Of a stretch of 64,000 nucleotides of DNA, positions 62,901 to 64,000 are shown in pieces (the stretch's first letter is position 1; the number at the start of each line of letters is the position of its first letter). The DNA is from Octopus bimaculoides (Eukaryota). Under the pieces are notes generated by a model. The model saw only the letters and a program-made list of their open reading frames with translations, was not told the DNA's origin and made no database searches. Location: the NCBI RefSeq assembly GCF_001194135.2, contig NC_068981.1, positions 65,187,795 through 65,251,794 on the forward strand, read 5' to 3'. A program made the position numbers and the translations under genes.

Positions 62901-64000
62901 TGTTTGTTTTTTGGGGGTGGGGGTTTGGAAGATGCTGTGTCCAGAGCATTTGCAGGCCACCCTTCAAGACTGGTTAGGTTGATGATGTTCAAAAAGTGAA
63001 AGTCAATGATATTGAATGAGAAGAATTTCAAGGGGATGACATTTGGAGGATTAAGGATTGGATTTTGTATAGTAATTATGATGTAACCTGGCGAGGACAG
63101 ACAGAATATGAATGATGAAGAGAGAGATGAGTGTGTTGGAGTGTGCAGCTCCATGCCAACTAGTCTGATGGACGTTTTTGGATGTAGTCTAAGATGTTTA
63201 TCTGAACAGCAGCACCATCCCAGATGTGACAGCAGTTTTTCAATGTGATTTTCACTTGAGTTTTACATATTGTACACAACTGCTAGGAGCTGAAGTATAT
63301 GGTGGTTTTAAAAATGTAGACTAGTCTTCAGGATGCAGTTTTTGCTATGCTATAGATGTAAAGTTACCAGGTCATATCAGTACTTGGGAAGTCTAACATT
63401 TGTAGCTATTTAAAAAGTTTTGGGAGCATGTTGCTCATGACTAGTGGAAAGGTCCAACAGTGTTACTTGTTGTTTTTATGCATGTAGTGATTGTCTCTTT
63501 GTGTTGTTTGAAGGAAATTAGATCCATAAGACATCATTACAGGATGTTTTCAAGGTTTCTGTTCATGAAGGCAGTGCAAGTTTGTCGTGAGGTATTTAGA
63601 TTGCATGTGGATGGCACTAGAAAGTGGAAGTTTTGGGACTAATGATGAATGATGTCATCTGTATAATAGTGAATGTTAGCAGAGGTGAGAGCAAGTTGGT
63701 AGTTGATATACAAGAGGGAAAGTGTGGGGATACAAAGCCAAACCTAAGGATAAATCAGAACTGATAGAATTTCAGAGAAGGCTTCATACTTAAAAATTGT
63801 TATTATCAACATACAAAAGGAAATTGATTGGTAGGGACAGATTATAGATTTCTGATATATTGAGGATGTTAGTGATCAATAGTTTTTGTTAATACAGGTC
63901 ATTCCAGCTCAGATGGTCTGTTCAAACTTGTCCTACATTTCCAAAGGGAACTTTACCATTTTTTTTTTTTCAAGTAGAATTCATGGTGAAGGAAGTATAT

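Overview
AT-rich, repeat-dense eukaryotic genomic DNA with six N-gaps. The repeat families and microsatellites suggest a coleoid cephalopod, probably Octopus; this is inference. Two convergent intron-containing genes can be built by hand with consistent splice phases. (1) A 5'-partial sorting nexin 10/11-like PX-domain gene on + (exons 1052-1138, 6798-6901, 10586-10684, 11962-12120, 15350-15419). (2) A complete 328-aa TRUB2 (mitochondrial TruB-family pseudouridine synthase 2) on - (8 coding exons, 33597 to 21421). Both proteins look altered at key sites. TRUB2 has Gly where the catalytic Asp should be (NGLGRYSSG vs HRLDAQASG). The PX domain lacks the 3-phosphate-binding Arg and the PxxPxK Lys. 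I found no recognisable coding exons in 36.3-64 kb. The rest is transposon debris: RTE, R4/Dong-like, Jockey/CR1-like and Penelope retroelements, Tc1/mariner, piggyBac-type and Merlin-type MITEs, and tRNA-derived SINEs. The main unannotated signals are about 8 minimal type-I hammerhead ribozyme motifs of several designs (one directly 3' of a Penelope GIY-YIG fragment, two head-to-head pairs inside host introns) and several long foldback hairpins in or near the genes.
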